Assembly: GCA_951406725.2 (NCBI GenBank)
Contig: OX597817.1
Coordinates: 84,940,001 to 85,004,000, forward strand
Direction: 5' to 3'
Source: Octopus vulgaris
Lineage: Eukaryota
DNA: 64,000 nucleotides
The notes under the pieces were generated by a model. The model worked only from the letters and a program-made list of their open reading frames with translations, was not told the origin of the DNA and made no database searches. Below, in pieces: positions 12,633 to 26,266 of the stretch; positions within the stretch are counted from its first letter, which is position 1; each line of letters begins with the position of its first letter. A program made the position numbers and the translations under genes.

Positions 12633-15432
12633 ATTAGAATATATTTGATATGTTAAAAAAAGACAAATGACACAAATTCATTGAAAATTTAAATACTAAA
12701 ACATATTTATAATGTCATAACCAAACCATGAAACAGAAAAAAAGACGAAGAGCTACAAGAAGTACTAACTGTTTCAGTTAACCAGGTATTAAAGACCACA
12801 TCAGCCAGAAAAAAAATCCATTGACTAATCTACTTCTACTTAGACATACCCATCTCATTCATTTCTTCTCTCACCCTCCTTATAGTGTCTAAGCATCCAT
12901 ATGGTATACTGCATAGAGGGTATACCATAGAGGGCCTGCAAAGGTCAGGGGTAACAAAAAAATCAATAAAGAGGATCCTCTACATGGTTGTACAGTTTGC
13001 TAGAAATAGAAGCCAAACTCTCTCAAAAAACATATTACCATCTTAAAAAAAGGAAGGATACATTGGATACTATTATTCCAGACATGTCTGAAAGATGATG
13101 AAATGATCACTCTGGAGTATTTTTGACAATGACCTGAGATTAAACAATAACTCAGACTGCTGAAAGCATATAGAGGAATGTAAAAACTGTTACAGTTTTT
13201 ACATGTTACAAACAACAGAAGACTTTCTGGTAAGAAAACAAAATTCAAGAGAGACATCAATGATGTGTGAACATTCAGCTACATTTATGAAATATGAAAG
13301 GACCTTGGAACCACAACAATTGCAATCAAAAGATGAGTCATAGGTCATAATAAAGGCCTCTTGGAACCAGTCTAAAGGTGAATCAAGAGTCTTGAAAGAA
13401 TAGAGTAAAATAACCACTGTTTTCAGAACCCAACAGTTTTGAACACACAAGGTGTTATATAAACCAAATTCATTGCAGATATTAAACAACTTTGAACATG
13501 AACACACACACACACACATACATTGTAACTTTCTGCAGTTAGAGGAGGTACAAAAGGCACCATATTAAATGTTCAAGGTTGTTATGTCGTCACTACAGAA
13601 ATTTGAAAATATATTGGCAAGATGTTTATAGGATGCCAACCTCTGTTGTTATAAGAAACCAACAAAAAATTTAAATATTCACAACAAATTTATGAGCAAA
13701 CTGATGTAGCTGATTCACTGAATGGTCTGCAAATAGACAGGTAAGCAGAAGAAATATAACAATGAAGACAACATCATGGTGCAAAGACTAGAGAAAAGTG
13801 ATGGAAAAGGCAGGAAATCTCAAAAAATATATATATATATAAATAAATAAATCCTCAGACTTTGGAACAAAATAAAGACCACTGCAATAAAAGAGATGAC
13901 AAAACTATTTTAGTGTTAGCATTGCCTGATTCTGTTAAAACTGAGACACATAGAAGGTGGAACCAAAGTGTACTTGTTACATAAGATCAGATTTGATCCA
14001 ACTCTTCTAGATTCTAACATCCCTATTACTGGTCCATGCTGACTTTCATGACAGACTTTTAATAGAACTGAAAAAGTATTTCTATTTGCTAAATGACATT
14101 CAAATTTATTTGGTTGATTGTGACACAATACATGACTATAAAAACTTTCATTGCAACAAGTTGTTTTATCATAGTAGCTAATATATTATTTGTGTCTAGC
14201 ATTATCACTTAGCACCTGACAATTTGATGTGCAGGACATTGCAAGCTATAGTATATCTATTGCACTTACATATGCATGAAACACTCATTTAGTGTATGGT
14301 GTAACCACTACCGAATTTTACAGTTACAAAAGAGCAAACTGGACAACATAATGTAGGTCATGATATATTAGGATCAGTGGATTGCATTAGTCCATTCACC
14401 TATTAATCTGCCATAGGTCAACCTGTATAGGGCATGTTGGAACTCTAGAACAGCAGCTAAACATAGGACTCATCTGCATGGTCTATGAAATAAATATTTC
14501 TACCAAACAATATAAAATAAAGCAACCATGAAGTGAGAATCATAATCATTTTAATGTCCACTTTTCCATGCCTACATGGATCAGATGGAATTCTTTGGTG
14601 GATTTCCTATGTCCAGAACCCCTCCAGTAGCCAACCCTTACTTGTTTCCAAGTAATGTAATATTTTCCCAAGGCTAAATGTGTTTTTATGAAAGACTGGA
14701 AATAAAAAAACACTGGTGATGCTCATTTACAACTACCTCTTGATGTGAAGACAAGACATAGTCAGTCACGTACACACATATACATATATGAAAAACTTCT
14801 TTCTGTCTACCAAATTCACTCACATTTAAAATAACATTCTAAGAATGACTTTTAATTTAGACACAATGCAACATATTTTAGGGGAAAGAACAATCACTTA
14901 TATCAACCAACAGGCCACAGAAGGATGGAAAACAAAGTCAGCTTCAGTGAAATTTACATGAAGAATGTAAAAATGATATACTAAACACTGCCATTAACAT
15001 GTTGTGCTATCAAGTCCACTGGGGGAAAAGACCCAAAGCAAACTGAAGCCTACTATACTGTGTGTGCATGAATGTGTAAGCTTGTAGCAGCAGCTACTAT
15101 TATTACTATTAACATTATTAAACAGCTTGGATTTAATCCATTGCACAGATTATACAGTGTGATTTCACACACAGAGATCCTTAATCTTGCACTGCTTCAA
15201 AAGAAAAAGGACAATTTAACACAGGTTAGTATTTTGAAGTTAGACAATACAAAATAATTCAGTAATGATTAACTGAAATCTTTTCTGCAAATATTGACTG
15301 TCACAAAAAAAAAAAAATAGAAGAAAAAGAAAGGCTTTATAACAGTAAAACTGATTAAATTCTAATTTTCACAAAATGAAAAGAAATACTATTTTCAGAG
15401 TATTTTAGAAGTTTATGTAACTTCCACATATG

Positions 15433-16733
15433 TGAGGGGCGTTCAATAAGTAATGCCCCTGACCCACTTCCCATAGCAGTAGAGCAACGAAACTTGGCAC
15501 AGTTATTAGTCTTTTTCTACATAGGAACCACCCAGAGTTATGCATTTCTCCCATCGTTTGATGCGGCTCTGGAGACCGTTTTTGTAGAAGACCCCAGCTT
15601 GGTCCTCCAACCTGAACATGACTTCAGAAATCAAGGCTGCATCATCTGGGAAACGCTTTCCTTTCAAAAACAACTTCATGGCTGGGAAGAGGTGAAAATC
15701 AGAGGGTGCAAGGTCAGGAGAGTAGGGGGAATTAGGGAGGAGTTCATAGCCGCACGCCTGTGCTTCTGATCTGGCGGCACGCGAGTTGTGGACCGGAGCG
15801 TTGTCCTGCAGAAGAAGGATACCTTTGCTGATCTTGCCCCGCCTCTTGATTTTGATAGCTTCTCTTAATTTCCTCAAAAGTGAAGCATAATAGGCTCCTG
15901 TAATTGTGGTACCATTTTCCAGGAAATCTGGCATCACTACTCCGTCCTGGTCCCAGAAGTCTGAGAGCATGACTTTGCTAGCGGAGGGCTGCACCCTTGC
16001 CTTCTTTGGAGGAGGTGAGTCACGGTGATTCCACTGCATTGACTGGGCTTTGGTCTCTGGATCATAGTGATGGATCCAGGTTTCATCCTGTGTAATCAGT
16101 CTTTTGAAAAATTTTGACTCATCTTCTTGGCACATCTCCAAATTCATCCTTAAGCACTCGACGCGTTCTTGCTTCTGGAAAGGTGTGAGCAACCTGGGAA
16201 TCCATCTGGCTGACACCTTTTGCATATGCAAATGGTCATGAATGATAGTTTCCACAGACCCAGTACTAATCTTGACCTCATGGGCTATTTGGCAAATAGT
16301 TATGCGTCGATCTTCCAAAATGGCAGCCTCAACTTGATGGACAACTGCCTCATCAATGGCAGAAGGGGGGGGGGGGGGCGACAAGATCTGAGAGCTGTTT
16401 CCACAGAGTTCCGACCATGTTTGAATTCACGATGCCAGCGTTTTACAAGGTCATATGATGGGGCATCATCACCATAAGTTACTTTCATTTCATCAAAAGT
16501 CTCCCGTGGTGTGCGTCCTTTCAAATACAAAAACGGGATCACTGCTCGACACGCAACAGGCTCCATTTCACACTTGACTCAGTTCAAACACCTGTAAATC
16601 AGAAACCACAATTAGTTCAGAGCTGTAATTTGCCACTTAATCTATAGAGATATAAATAATTGCACAAGCAAAATTTCAGCTAGATCAAACAACTGCAAGT
16701 GGGTCAGAGGCATTACTTATTGAACGTCCCTCG
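15433..16733 (-). mobile_element. Near-intact mariner DNA transposon (1301 bp)
   Basis: 37-bp TIRs at 15433-15469 and 16697-16733 (34/37 match). TA at 16734-35; the left TSD reads TG. Confidence 0.97.
15506..16566 (-). pseudogene. Mariner transposase, DD34D, single frameshift at G14 (16365-16378)
   Basis: ORFs 16300..16566 and 15506..16384 join at the homopolymer. Motifs WIPRLL, DETW, QDNAPVH-(34)-YSPDLAPSD. Confidence 0.93.
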
Positions 16734-16887
16734 TAAGTTGTTTAATCCTTCTATTGTATTTTAAGAGTGATTCTGCTTATCAAATATAAGAAAATAATGC
16801 AAGACTTTGAAGAAAATGTGTTATCAGTGGGCCATTCAAATGTGCTGTGAAAATGTCAAATTATTTAGGTTAAATTATTAATGTTAC

Positions 16888-17060
16888 CTTTGTGATTCCA
16901 TCAAAAAAGGCTTTCCTTGCTAGAGTAGCTGGTCCATCAACAGTTCGACCATCATCATCAGGTCCCCAACTAGCACTGTATACATGAATGTGTTGTGGAT
17001 TATGACTTAATGATTGAGCTTCAACAGAATCTGTTACATCACCATCGAGCATTCGAACGC
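16888..17060 (-). CDS. FURIN: Furin-like exon ([18 protein letters not shown]...[30 protein letters not shown])
   Basis: 173 nt, phase 1/0, [14 protein letters not shown] substrate-binding motif. Confidence 0.97.
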
Positions 17061-17181
17061 CTGGAAAATAGAACAGGTACATTGTTGCCATAGAACTTGC
17101 TCAGGATTGGAAGGTTTTTTTTTTGCTTTTTTAAAAAAAAAAAAAAGTTTCTTGTAAGATAACACGTTTGTTGTAGCTTAC

Positions 17182-17270
17182 CTCCAATACTGGCATCATA
17201 TGCTACACCTACACTACAAATAAGGTTATCTTTCTCAGCAGCAACTTCACCTGCACACCTTGTACCATGT
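17182..17270 (-). CDS. FURIN: Furin-like exon with catalytic His ([29 protein letters not shown])
   Basis: 89 nt, phase 2/1, [15 protein letters not shown] motif, visible in ORF 17039..17326. Confidence 0.97.
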
Positions 17271-18539
17271 CTGAAATGCAAGAAAAAGTAGTTACAATAA
17301 CTTAACTTAAATAACTTAAACCACATATTTCAAATTTAAATCTACTCCACAGCTCTCTGAACATTACTTTTGTCAATCAATAAAACACAGAAAGATCTTA
17401 AATGCTCAGAAAATATTGTGGCAGAATGTTTTGTGCTACATTTAAGAAAAAGTGATCAAGAATGTAAGTACAATCATAAGGTGACACTAGTGTTGCCTTA
17501 AAACAAGTTAAAAATCTGAAAAATAATGCAATTCAAGTAAAGATTTCTAGAGTAAAACTTTAAATCTACTTTTTACTGAAATAACAAATAACTGACAGAT
17601 ATAAACTTGAATTGACTCAACTATATTTCATGTAATTTTAAAAATCTTACTAGTTTCAGTCTTTAGAATGCAACTGTTCTAAGGTAGCACCTTCAAAGGT
17701 TGTAACATCACTAGTATTTGGTCAGACAATTTATTAAATGGCCAAGTCCATTTTGGGTGTTAAAATACAAACTCAATAACTATATATCACAAGACACACT
17801 TAGTCACACACACTCATAAAACCAGTCAATAGAAGTGTTGAATACTGTACATGATAACATTAAATTCTTAAGTTATTGCAGTTTCCCTTGCAGATAAAGA
17901 AGGTAAATAAAGACCTAGAGATAATTGTTATAAATCCAAAGAAATCCAAAATGGTAATCAAGGAGGTAATTTAGAATAGGTATGTCAGTCTGTCTACATC
18001 AGTGTAGAGAATATAATCAAATGTAGAATATTACAGACAATGAATAACACAAAGTTGTATTAATTTGAGGGTGGATGAGTCATGGAAAGAAATGCTTGAT
18101 ATGTTGGACTTATTTGTCTTCCACCAAAAAGAAAAAACAGAAAAAAAAAAAATGAATGCCAAAAAAAATGAGTTAATCCACATTTATGAGAATGCCATTC
18201 TTTTGAGTGAAGCAAAAACCGAAAAGCAGAAGAACGTGGTGTATAATGTTGGAAAGTTTACAAATGGAAGTAATGTTGACTATGTGTGCTTGTGTCAATT
18301 GTAGATATGTACGTGAATGAGTGTTTGTTGAATTGTAATAAATCTTAGAACTTTAGTGTTTCTATGTGTTCATGTATGTGCATGCTTGTGTTTGTTGAAT
18401 AGTAGAGATATTTATATATGATGTGATAGAAAACAGCAGGTATGTATGTATGTGATTGTTAATGAGTCAATATTTTGTTTGTGTGTTGCTTCTGCCCTAC
18501 TTCCAAATTCAGTTGTGTCTCACACTTGTTTCAATTTCT

Positions 18540-19175
18540 ATCAATTGTTTCAACTCACCATTGTTATCTATCTTTTACAAACCTCACTCCTACTTGAACT
18601 TTTCTTCTCATTCTCCCACCAATATCAAACACACTATTCTCTACCTTCAATTACTTTCCCTCCAGACATCCAATCTCAGCTCAATTAAATCTCCTTACAC
18701 ATCAAAACTTCCAATCCAGGCTTGCTCCCATGCTCAAAGAAGCTACTGCACTACCATCCTCACACTCCTCATCTGCACCATGATCAACTCCTCATCTTTG
18801 TCATCATTTACAATCTCTCCAATTTATTGTTCCAGTGTATCATTCTTCAACACTCCAAACTTCCTTTATTAAGCCCTGCCACATCTGACCCCTTTCCTAA
18901 TCTACTCCTTCCCTCTTTTAAATATGCCAGCAATCTGCATGACTTATTGATCAATAGCTCTTCCCCTCACCATCCCACACAAGAAGCTTGACTATTCTTC
19001 CTTCATGCAGCCATTTCTACACTTGCCCATTCTTCACCAACCCTTCATTCTATGCTTTAAACTGTTATACCTGCACCACCAAGGTCCTCATAGGCAACTT
19101 AAAATATATACTATATGAAAATCAGTAATACTGGACAAAACTGGCTGATGATTAGCTGACAGTTTTATAGAGAGA
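18540..19175 (+). mobile_element. Heavily deleted Penelope-like element (RT thumb, linker, GIY-YIG remnants)
   Basis: IFYKP.SYLNFSSH..K (RT thumb), YHPH, IILQH...PSFKYASNLHDLLINSS (PLE linker F.R..NL.D.LV.S), TCP, YTCT, TGQ.TG..LAD.F. Confidence 0.6.
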
Positions 19176-19879
19176 TCTGTGAAAATTGTTTCTGGTTTAG
19201 CTTTATATTCTCGATTCCTGATCTTTCATCTACAAAGAGAATAGGAATTTATATTTCTGCTTGGAATTTTCCAAACATACAATTCAAATTCTCAACTTTT
19301 ACCACTTTTCAAATTTACATAACTAAACATAAAACATGTAGTTACACTAAGCCATCACACTTCAACAATCCCACACAGATAACCATGTACTCATAGTACA
19401 TAATGAAACATTTATATACTAACTATACATAGGAAAAACACACTCACACAAACTGTGTTCACTTAAAATAAATGCATGAAACGTACACAGATAACAGACA
19501 CAATCAACATTACCTCCCTTGGTCTACTCTCCAACATTGAACACTTTCTTCCTCATATTTTTGTCAAGTTAAAAAAACAAAATTGATTTCAAACTCTTGT
19601 GGAGTAACTCTTTTGTTTTTTTAATATTTTATTTTCTACAAAGGACAAATAAGTCTAAAAAGTCTAATATTTCCTTGTTCATTCAGTATCAAACTAATAC
19701 AACTAATGTCATGTTATACTTGTGCGTGCATGCGTGTGTGTGTGTACTGTTCCATGATGGTAAGATCAACAAAAAAAAAAGTATTCCATCTTGTGAGAGA
19801 CAAAACAATGTTTGGCATGTTCTCAGCACATGAAACTAATAGTAGCGCATAAAAACATATATTGTGTTTTTGCTTCCCA

Positions 19880-20370
19880 ATCACTGTGTAGCACACTGGG
19901 CAAGTGTCTTCTTCTATAGCCTTGTGAGTGGATCTGAAAGAAGTATATCATTTATGTATGTATATGTGTGTGTGCGTGTGTGAGACAACAACTGGTGTTG
20001 GTATGTTTATATTCCCATAATTTAGTGGTCTGGTAAAAGAGGATAATGGGATAAGTACTAGGCCTAAAAAGAAAAGTACTGGAGTTGATTCATTTGACTA
20101 AAACTCAGAAAGGGGATACCTAGATGGCCACAATACAATGGCAGAAACATGTAAAAGACAAAAATTATCTATCAATCTACCTATCTATCACTGTGTGCAT
20201 GTGTGTACACACAGTTTTCTGCACAGTTTCCATACCTACCAAATTTCACTCACAAGTAATTGGTCAACCCAAGGCTATAGTAGAGAACACCTATGGTGCC
20301 ACAAAGTAGGACTGAACCTACAACCAAATGGCTGCAAAGTAAACGCCATAGTCATGCACCATACCTGCAG
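19880..20370. mobile_element. Two family-A SINE copies in opposite orientation (19880-20165 +, 20195-20370 -)
   Basis: GGGCAAGTGTCTT..CTATAGCCTT..GTGAGTGGAT on + and its degenerate reverse complement downstream. Confidence 0.6.
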
Positions 20371-20588
20371 GAGGACTGAGTCTTTAATGTAGGATATTAT
20401 TACCAGCCTGAAGTCCTTATATTGTCCTGACATGTCTGTTGCCCTTTCCCACCAATACCATTAATATTCAATCACTCAAAAGTTTGACATAAATCAGTCT
20501 TGAAGCTTTTACTATTTCCAATTACTATTTATTATTATTTAACAATTATGTCATTTTATATATATTTATTCTTTGAATACTCTCTTAC

Positions 20589-20665
20589 CTATTTTCATTT
20601 GTATAATCATAACGTGGTGTTGGATCTGGATCGTGGTCATTTACATCATAACTAGCTTGGTCATC
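20589..20665 (-). CDS. FURIN: Furin-like exon (DDQASYDVNDHDPDPTPRYDYTNEN-R)
   Basis: 77 nt, ttcag| and |GTAAG, phase 0/2. Contains the ASYD.ND.D.DP.PRY..NEN motif. Confidence 0.96.
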
Positions 20666-21844
20666 CTGAAAATAAAATATTTTATATATAAACACAAGTA
20701 ACAAAATAATCTTAATTGTATACTGTTTTGAAAAAGGAAAATGTTATAAATGTACCTCGTGGCTATGCTCTTCAAATTTTACCTCTATTAAAATGCCAAC
20801 ATAAACCTAATTTTTCCAACTAGAAATTAAAAAAAAGATGAAATGCAAATCCTAGGAGGTATGATCTCTTCATTATCACTAAACTGAAACAAATAACATG
20901 AAACAAGATTTGTTGGTTTCAAGCCACAATTATTTTTGTTTTCTATTTCACTAAGGAAGAAAAAAAGGAAGGCAAAATGTTGAGAGAAATAATAAGGTTA
21001 ATATTTCATTTGTTGATAATGAGGACTGAAGCCACTTTCAATTTTCTACTGGAAATTATTTCACTTTGCACCACTGACTTATTTATTCAGACCAAATATT
21101 TTTCTACCATTTCTACAAGGATAGTTAGAATGTGTATTTTGTCTTCTTTCCAGCTACTTCCACCCACTCTTATATAATGTGAAATAACCATGTATCACCT
21201 CTACAGCATAACATCTATACATGTCTCTTTATCATACTTTAGCCTCTGGCATAAAACCACCTCCCTCTCTGCTACAACCCCACTTAGTTGAAGGGTCTTT
21301 CTTTACCTTGTAAGTTACTTGGCAACCTCATTGGTACCAGTGCCATGTAAAAAGTGCCCAGTACACTTTTTTTAGGTGGTTAGGAAAAGCACCCAGCTGT
21401 ATAAACCATGCCCAAAACAGACATTGGAGCCCAACATAGTCTCCCCGCTCATTGGATTTTATCAAACTGTCAAACCCATTCCAGCATGGAAGACAGATAT
21501 TAAACTATGATAATGAAATGGAATGACAAAAGATTATATTGATGGCAAGAATTATGAATAGTTTGGGAATTATACACATATAACAAGCACAGAACCATTT
21601 TACTCCTCCTAAATTTGGTGAGTTGAAATTAGCAAAATATTTTCATATGAATAGATGGTCATTTAACAGCTGGTTTCAAATGAGCATACCCTTCTAAAAG
21701 TGGAGAATTATAGTGTCACTATAAAATTTATGGTATAAAAGTTTGATTGGGAGAGAATTTGACTACCATATATTAGCCAGTCAAGTAGATTACACAGAAA
21801 CATTTTGTAAAGTTTAAAGTATAAATATGGTGTTCAAATACATA

Positions 21845-22035
21845 TCTTTTATCTTTTACTTGTTTCAGTCATATGACTGCAGTCATGTGGGGGTTTTAGT
21901 AAAAAAAAAAATCAAACCCAGGACATTTTGATAAGCCTGATACTTATTCTATTGGTCTTTTTTTTTTTTGCTGAACTGCTATGTGAATGTAAACACATCA
22001 ACACCAGTTATCAAGTGGTGGAGCAGGACAAGACC
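21845..22035 (-). mobile_element. Family-A SINE 3' part
   Basis: Reverse complement of the AATAAGTATCAGGCTT...GACTGAAACAAGTAAAAGATAAAAGA tail. Confidence 0.65.
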
Positions 22036-22164
22036 ACTTTCAAGTATCTTTTAATTTCTTTTGAAATCTCATAAAAGAAGCGTTTTGGTATAACTTGAAA
22101 TGCATGCCATACTTTAATAGACAAGTTATTGAAAATAAACACTGATGTAGAAATGTTACTGGAG

Positions 22165-22648
22165 TTGTGGACACTAAACTCTGCTTGCAAAGACCTGTTG
22201 AGGCAAGTGAAATTGAAATCAAATTCGATGATAGCACCTCTTGACTGGCTTCTCTGCTAGTGGAGTGCTAAGAGCACCATCTGAGCGTGATCATTGCCAG
22301 GGCCACTGACTGGCTCCCATGCTGGTGGAACATAAAAAGCACCATTCGAGCATGAACATTACCAGTGTCACCTTACTGGCACTTGTACCAGTGGCATGTG
22401 AAAGACAGTATTCGAGCAAGGTCATTGCCAGTGCCACTGGACTGGCTTCTGTGCAGGTGGCACGTAAAAAACACCTTTTGAGCGTGGGCATTGCCAGTAC
22501 TGGCCCTCGTGCCAGTGGCATGTAAAAGCACCCACTACGCTCTCAGAGTGGTTGGCATTAGGAAGGACATCCAGCTCAGATTGGAGCCTGATGCAGCCTC
22601 AGTCAAACCGTCCAATCCATGCCAGCATGGAAAGTGGATGTTAAACTA
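22165..22648 (+). mobile_element. RTE-tail-bearing element with ~65-bp internal tandem repeats
   Basis: Repeated GTGGCAYGTAAAAAGCACC cores followed by the same tail as 12480-12632 and 40180-40348. Confidence 0.75.
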
Positions 22649-23069
22649 ATAGTTGAATATTTAACCAATAGTCATTGAAAATGTTGCAAATAGCAACAAA
22701 AGAACTTTGTCAAACAAAAGCAAAACAAATTAAACAATCGTTTAGTTAGTTGGATATTTAACCAGTTGACTAATAATAATGAAAGAGTGGAATTGAACCA
22801 GTGTGTGTTAATTATATTAGCATAATGACTCTCCCTAGACAATAAAATTTGTTTCAACACACAAATTTACATAAAGAATCTTGTGAACCAGATACAAAAA
22901 TAAAGTAAAATATTAGTTGTTTTCTTTAAACTGTAACTTCTGGCAACTTCATCATTAAGATAACAATTAGAGAAAGGTAATTTATTTAAAATTTTAATGT
23001 GAGTTACATAATTTACAGTGTGCCTGTGTGGCTCCTTTGATAAATATTTATGAGGAAGAATATTAATTT

Positions 23070-23950
23070 CTTCAAACTGGCAATCAGTTTTTATTATGAT
23101 AGTGGTGAAGATGATGCCAAGAGAATTTTAGTGTTTGGAACACAAATGGGATTAGATGACCATAATAATAATAACTGGGCTTGCAATGGTACATTCAAAT
23201 GCAGCCCAGATATATAAATATTATCAGTTATTCATGCTACATATTGCTGTAAGAAGTATTAACATCTCATGTCTTTTTGCTTTGCTTCCTGGTAAATCCG
23301 AGTAATGTAAAGTAGACTTTTCAGTGCCCTAAAGGGCTTACACCCATCATTAAAGCCCAAAATGGTCGACTGTAAGAAAGCACCTATCAATTTTCTCTCG
23401 CACATTCACAACAACTATTACAGGTTGTTTATTGTATATAGTTAAGTTGTGGATATTGGTTTAAAGTTCTCAGCATTTAACAAAATTAAATACTTCACAA
23501 CATTAGCATTTCTTCTGGTGTGTGATGTTACTGATGGAATTGTTGAATTGACTGATGATGATGATTTGCCCCAAGAATTTTTATCATACTTTGAAATCCA
23601 CTATACAGGAAAAGAACCAGATCGAGGTATGTGAAAGTGAAGAATGGAGCCAACATTTCCTACAGAATTGTGGAATGTTTTCGAAAGAACTCAGAATAAT
23701 ATGATCAGAACAAACAACAGTATAGAAGGCTTCAACAATGCAATACAAAGCTCTGTTACTAACATGCATCCAAATATCTGGGAAAAAGAGTTTAGCAAAA
23801 AAGAAAATGTGTGATTTAGATTGAGGAAATGTAGCAGCGATGAAGAAAAGTATACCAATATTAATACAAAGTTTCAGAGACAAATGTTTTGATACAATCC
23901 ACAACAAAATATACATTATTTATGCAGCATTGCTTGGAATTTTCACACGT
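23070..23950 (+). mobile_element. Mutator/MULE transposase fossil
   Basis: RILVFGT, NWACNGTFKCSP (DGTFK..P), YQLF, CLFALLPGKS, FLSYFE.HY.G, FPTELWNV, RTNNSIEGFNN, HPNIW. Multiple stops. Confidence 0.85.
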
Positions 23951-24525
23951 TTTAAATGACCTCATCACATTTTTATAATGTTTAATGCTTAATAAAGACT
24001 TGCATATTAAATGCTTTCATAAAACCATTTATAATTCATTTTTTCTATTTTTATAATATACTTTATCATTGTTCATATTGCAAATTTGTCTTACAGTGAA
24101 TTTTTTTTCACTAAAAATGTTTACAGCAAATTTTCTAGATACGAGTGGCCATGTATATTCTCCATGGCAAAAAACCTATTTTGGCCCTTTCCTTCATGCC
24201 CTAACCTTCCATCATCAAATTTAAAGCTGTCCCCCTATCAACTAACTATAGCACATGAAAATGAGCACCAGTACACCCAAGAAAAGTTGGCATTAGAAAG
24301 GGCTTCCAGTAACAGAAATCATGCTAAAGCAGACTTGGATATAACAGTCCTCCTACCCATCGGATCCTGTTAAACCAGCCAACCCAAGCCAGCATGGAAA
24401 ACAGATGTTAAAAGATGATGACAGTTATATACATAATCATTTTAATGTCCACCTTTCCATGCTCGCATAGATCAGATGCAGTTTACAGAGGTGTATTTTC
24501 TATAGCTGGATTGCCTTCTTGTCAC

Positions 24526-24566
<41 letters not shown>

Positions 24567-26171
24567 TATATATATCATGTATACTGATAAAAGCTAGTCT
24601 TATAAAAAATATAATGGGAACAGAGAACAAGGCTGAATATTATCATTGAAGTGGAGTGTGAAATGAAATTACAAATGTTTGATAATTATAACTCATTCAA
24701 AATGTGTGTGTATGGGAGGAAGCTACAATAACTGCAATGATTTCAACTATGGCAACAATTCTTAGATATTGGTTAAATCCTCTTAAAGTTACACAGGAAA
24801 CAGAGAGTGAATGTTAAAATGCATGAGATAAAAATCAGTGATTCAACTAACCACAATTTGCCAAATGCAAGGAAGTAAATATTTACAAAAGAAGAGTAAA
24901 CAGGTATTTTCAATGAGTTATCAAAAACATAGTGTAAAATAAGTGATGTGGTAAAATGAATTGTTAAACTAAAATGCATAGCATTTTCTTGTTATTTAGT
25001 TTATTACATTTATTATTTAGACAAATCCTAAATAATTTAATGTACTTGTCAGAAATGATTTTGATTTCACATCACCTTAAGATATTCAGACTTGTCTAGT
25101 GCACTAACAATAAAACTTGCTGAAATAAACAGCTTCAGTATTGACTTGAATACTGCAGCACAAAACTATTAAGTGACGATTTTCAAAGCAGATATTGACA
25201 CATTTCTTTTTCTTTTCTCTTTTTCAATAAAAAGAAAAACAGCATATAATGCATTACAAAAGTTTACAAAAGAAAAGTAATTTGAATTTAATGAAGTTGT
25301 TAGAGAGATTCAAAGCTTACAAAAGATTCTGGTGATAAAAGTTTTCTCTTCTAAACCTATCTCTGGAAGTGAGCCAAATAATAATGAAATGCTAACACTT
25401 AAACATGCAACCCATAAGGTCTATCCAATACATATATAATAGATTAAGTGTAGTAAAGACCACATACTAAATGAGTTTTAAATTTTTAGTTCCATAGTAT
25501 ATGGGTAAAAGGAATTATGGAGTGATATATGGATAAGAATCCCAAAAGAGAAATTCATTTCCAGTAGAGGAAAAGAGCCTATGAAATTTGTAATTTAAAA
25601 AAAATAATAATAAGTAGATGATTTAGTTGAAGAGTCAAAGTAGCAGGAAAGAACAAGAGAAAAAAAAAAACCTTATGCAGTTATTACACTCTTACTTCAT
25701 TTTCACAGTATTAAATCTATTGAATAAACATGTAAATTATGTAAGCTGATTAAATAATCATATAAACCTAGAGGTAACTTGTTTGGTTTGCATCAATTTT
25801 AGTAACAGAATATAAAAAATGTCCCGGAAAAAAAAAACAACAAGAAAACAACTAACAAAAGCACAAGATATATAATTATGCTGTAAGGAAGAAACAGGAA
25901 TATTCAATGTTTTGGACAGTGGGCAGTCATCAAAAACAGAAAAGAAAATCAGGGAGCAAGAATGTTAGCTGTTCAACAGTGAAAGTAAAAGAACATAGTG
26001 AATAAAGTAAAGAAGTAGTGTTTTGTAGCCCCAAAAGTAAGGGTGAAAGAAGGAGGAGCAGTGAATTTATGAAGTGTGTGTGTGTGTGGACAACTTATGT
26101 TGCTTTTTTGATTAAATAATTATATCTTCTTTTAGTGATGAAGCAGAATTCAAGCTACACCCATAAAATAC

Positions 26172-26187
26172 CTCTCTCTCTCTCTCT

Positions 26188-26262
<75 letters not shown>
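26172..26262. repeat. (CT)n-(GA)n compound microsatellite
   Basis: About 8 CT units abutting about 37 GA units. Confidence 0.95.

Positions 26263-26266
<4 letters not shown>

Noticed and set aside
13000-14450. Possible hAT-like transposase remnant
   Set aside because: Isolated weak motifs (e.g. TEKVF) with no TIRs or ordered domain evidence.
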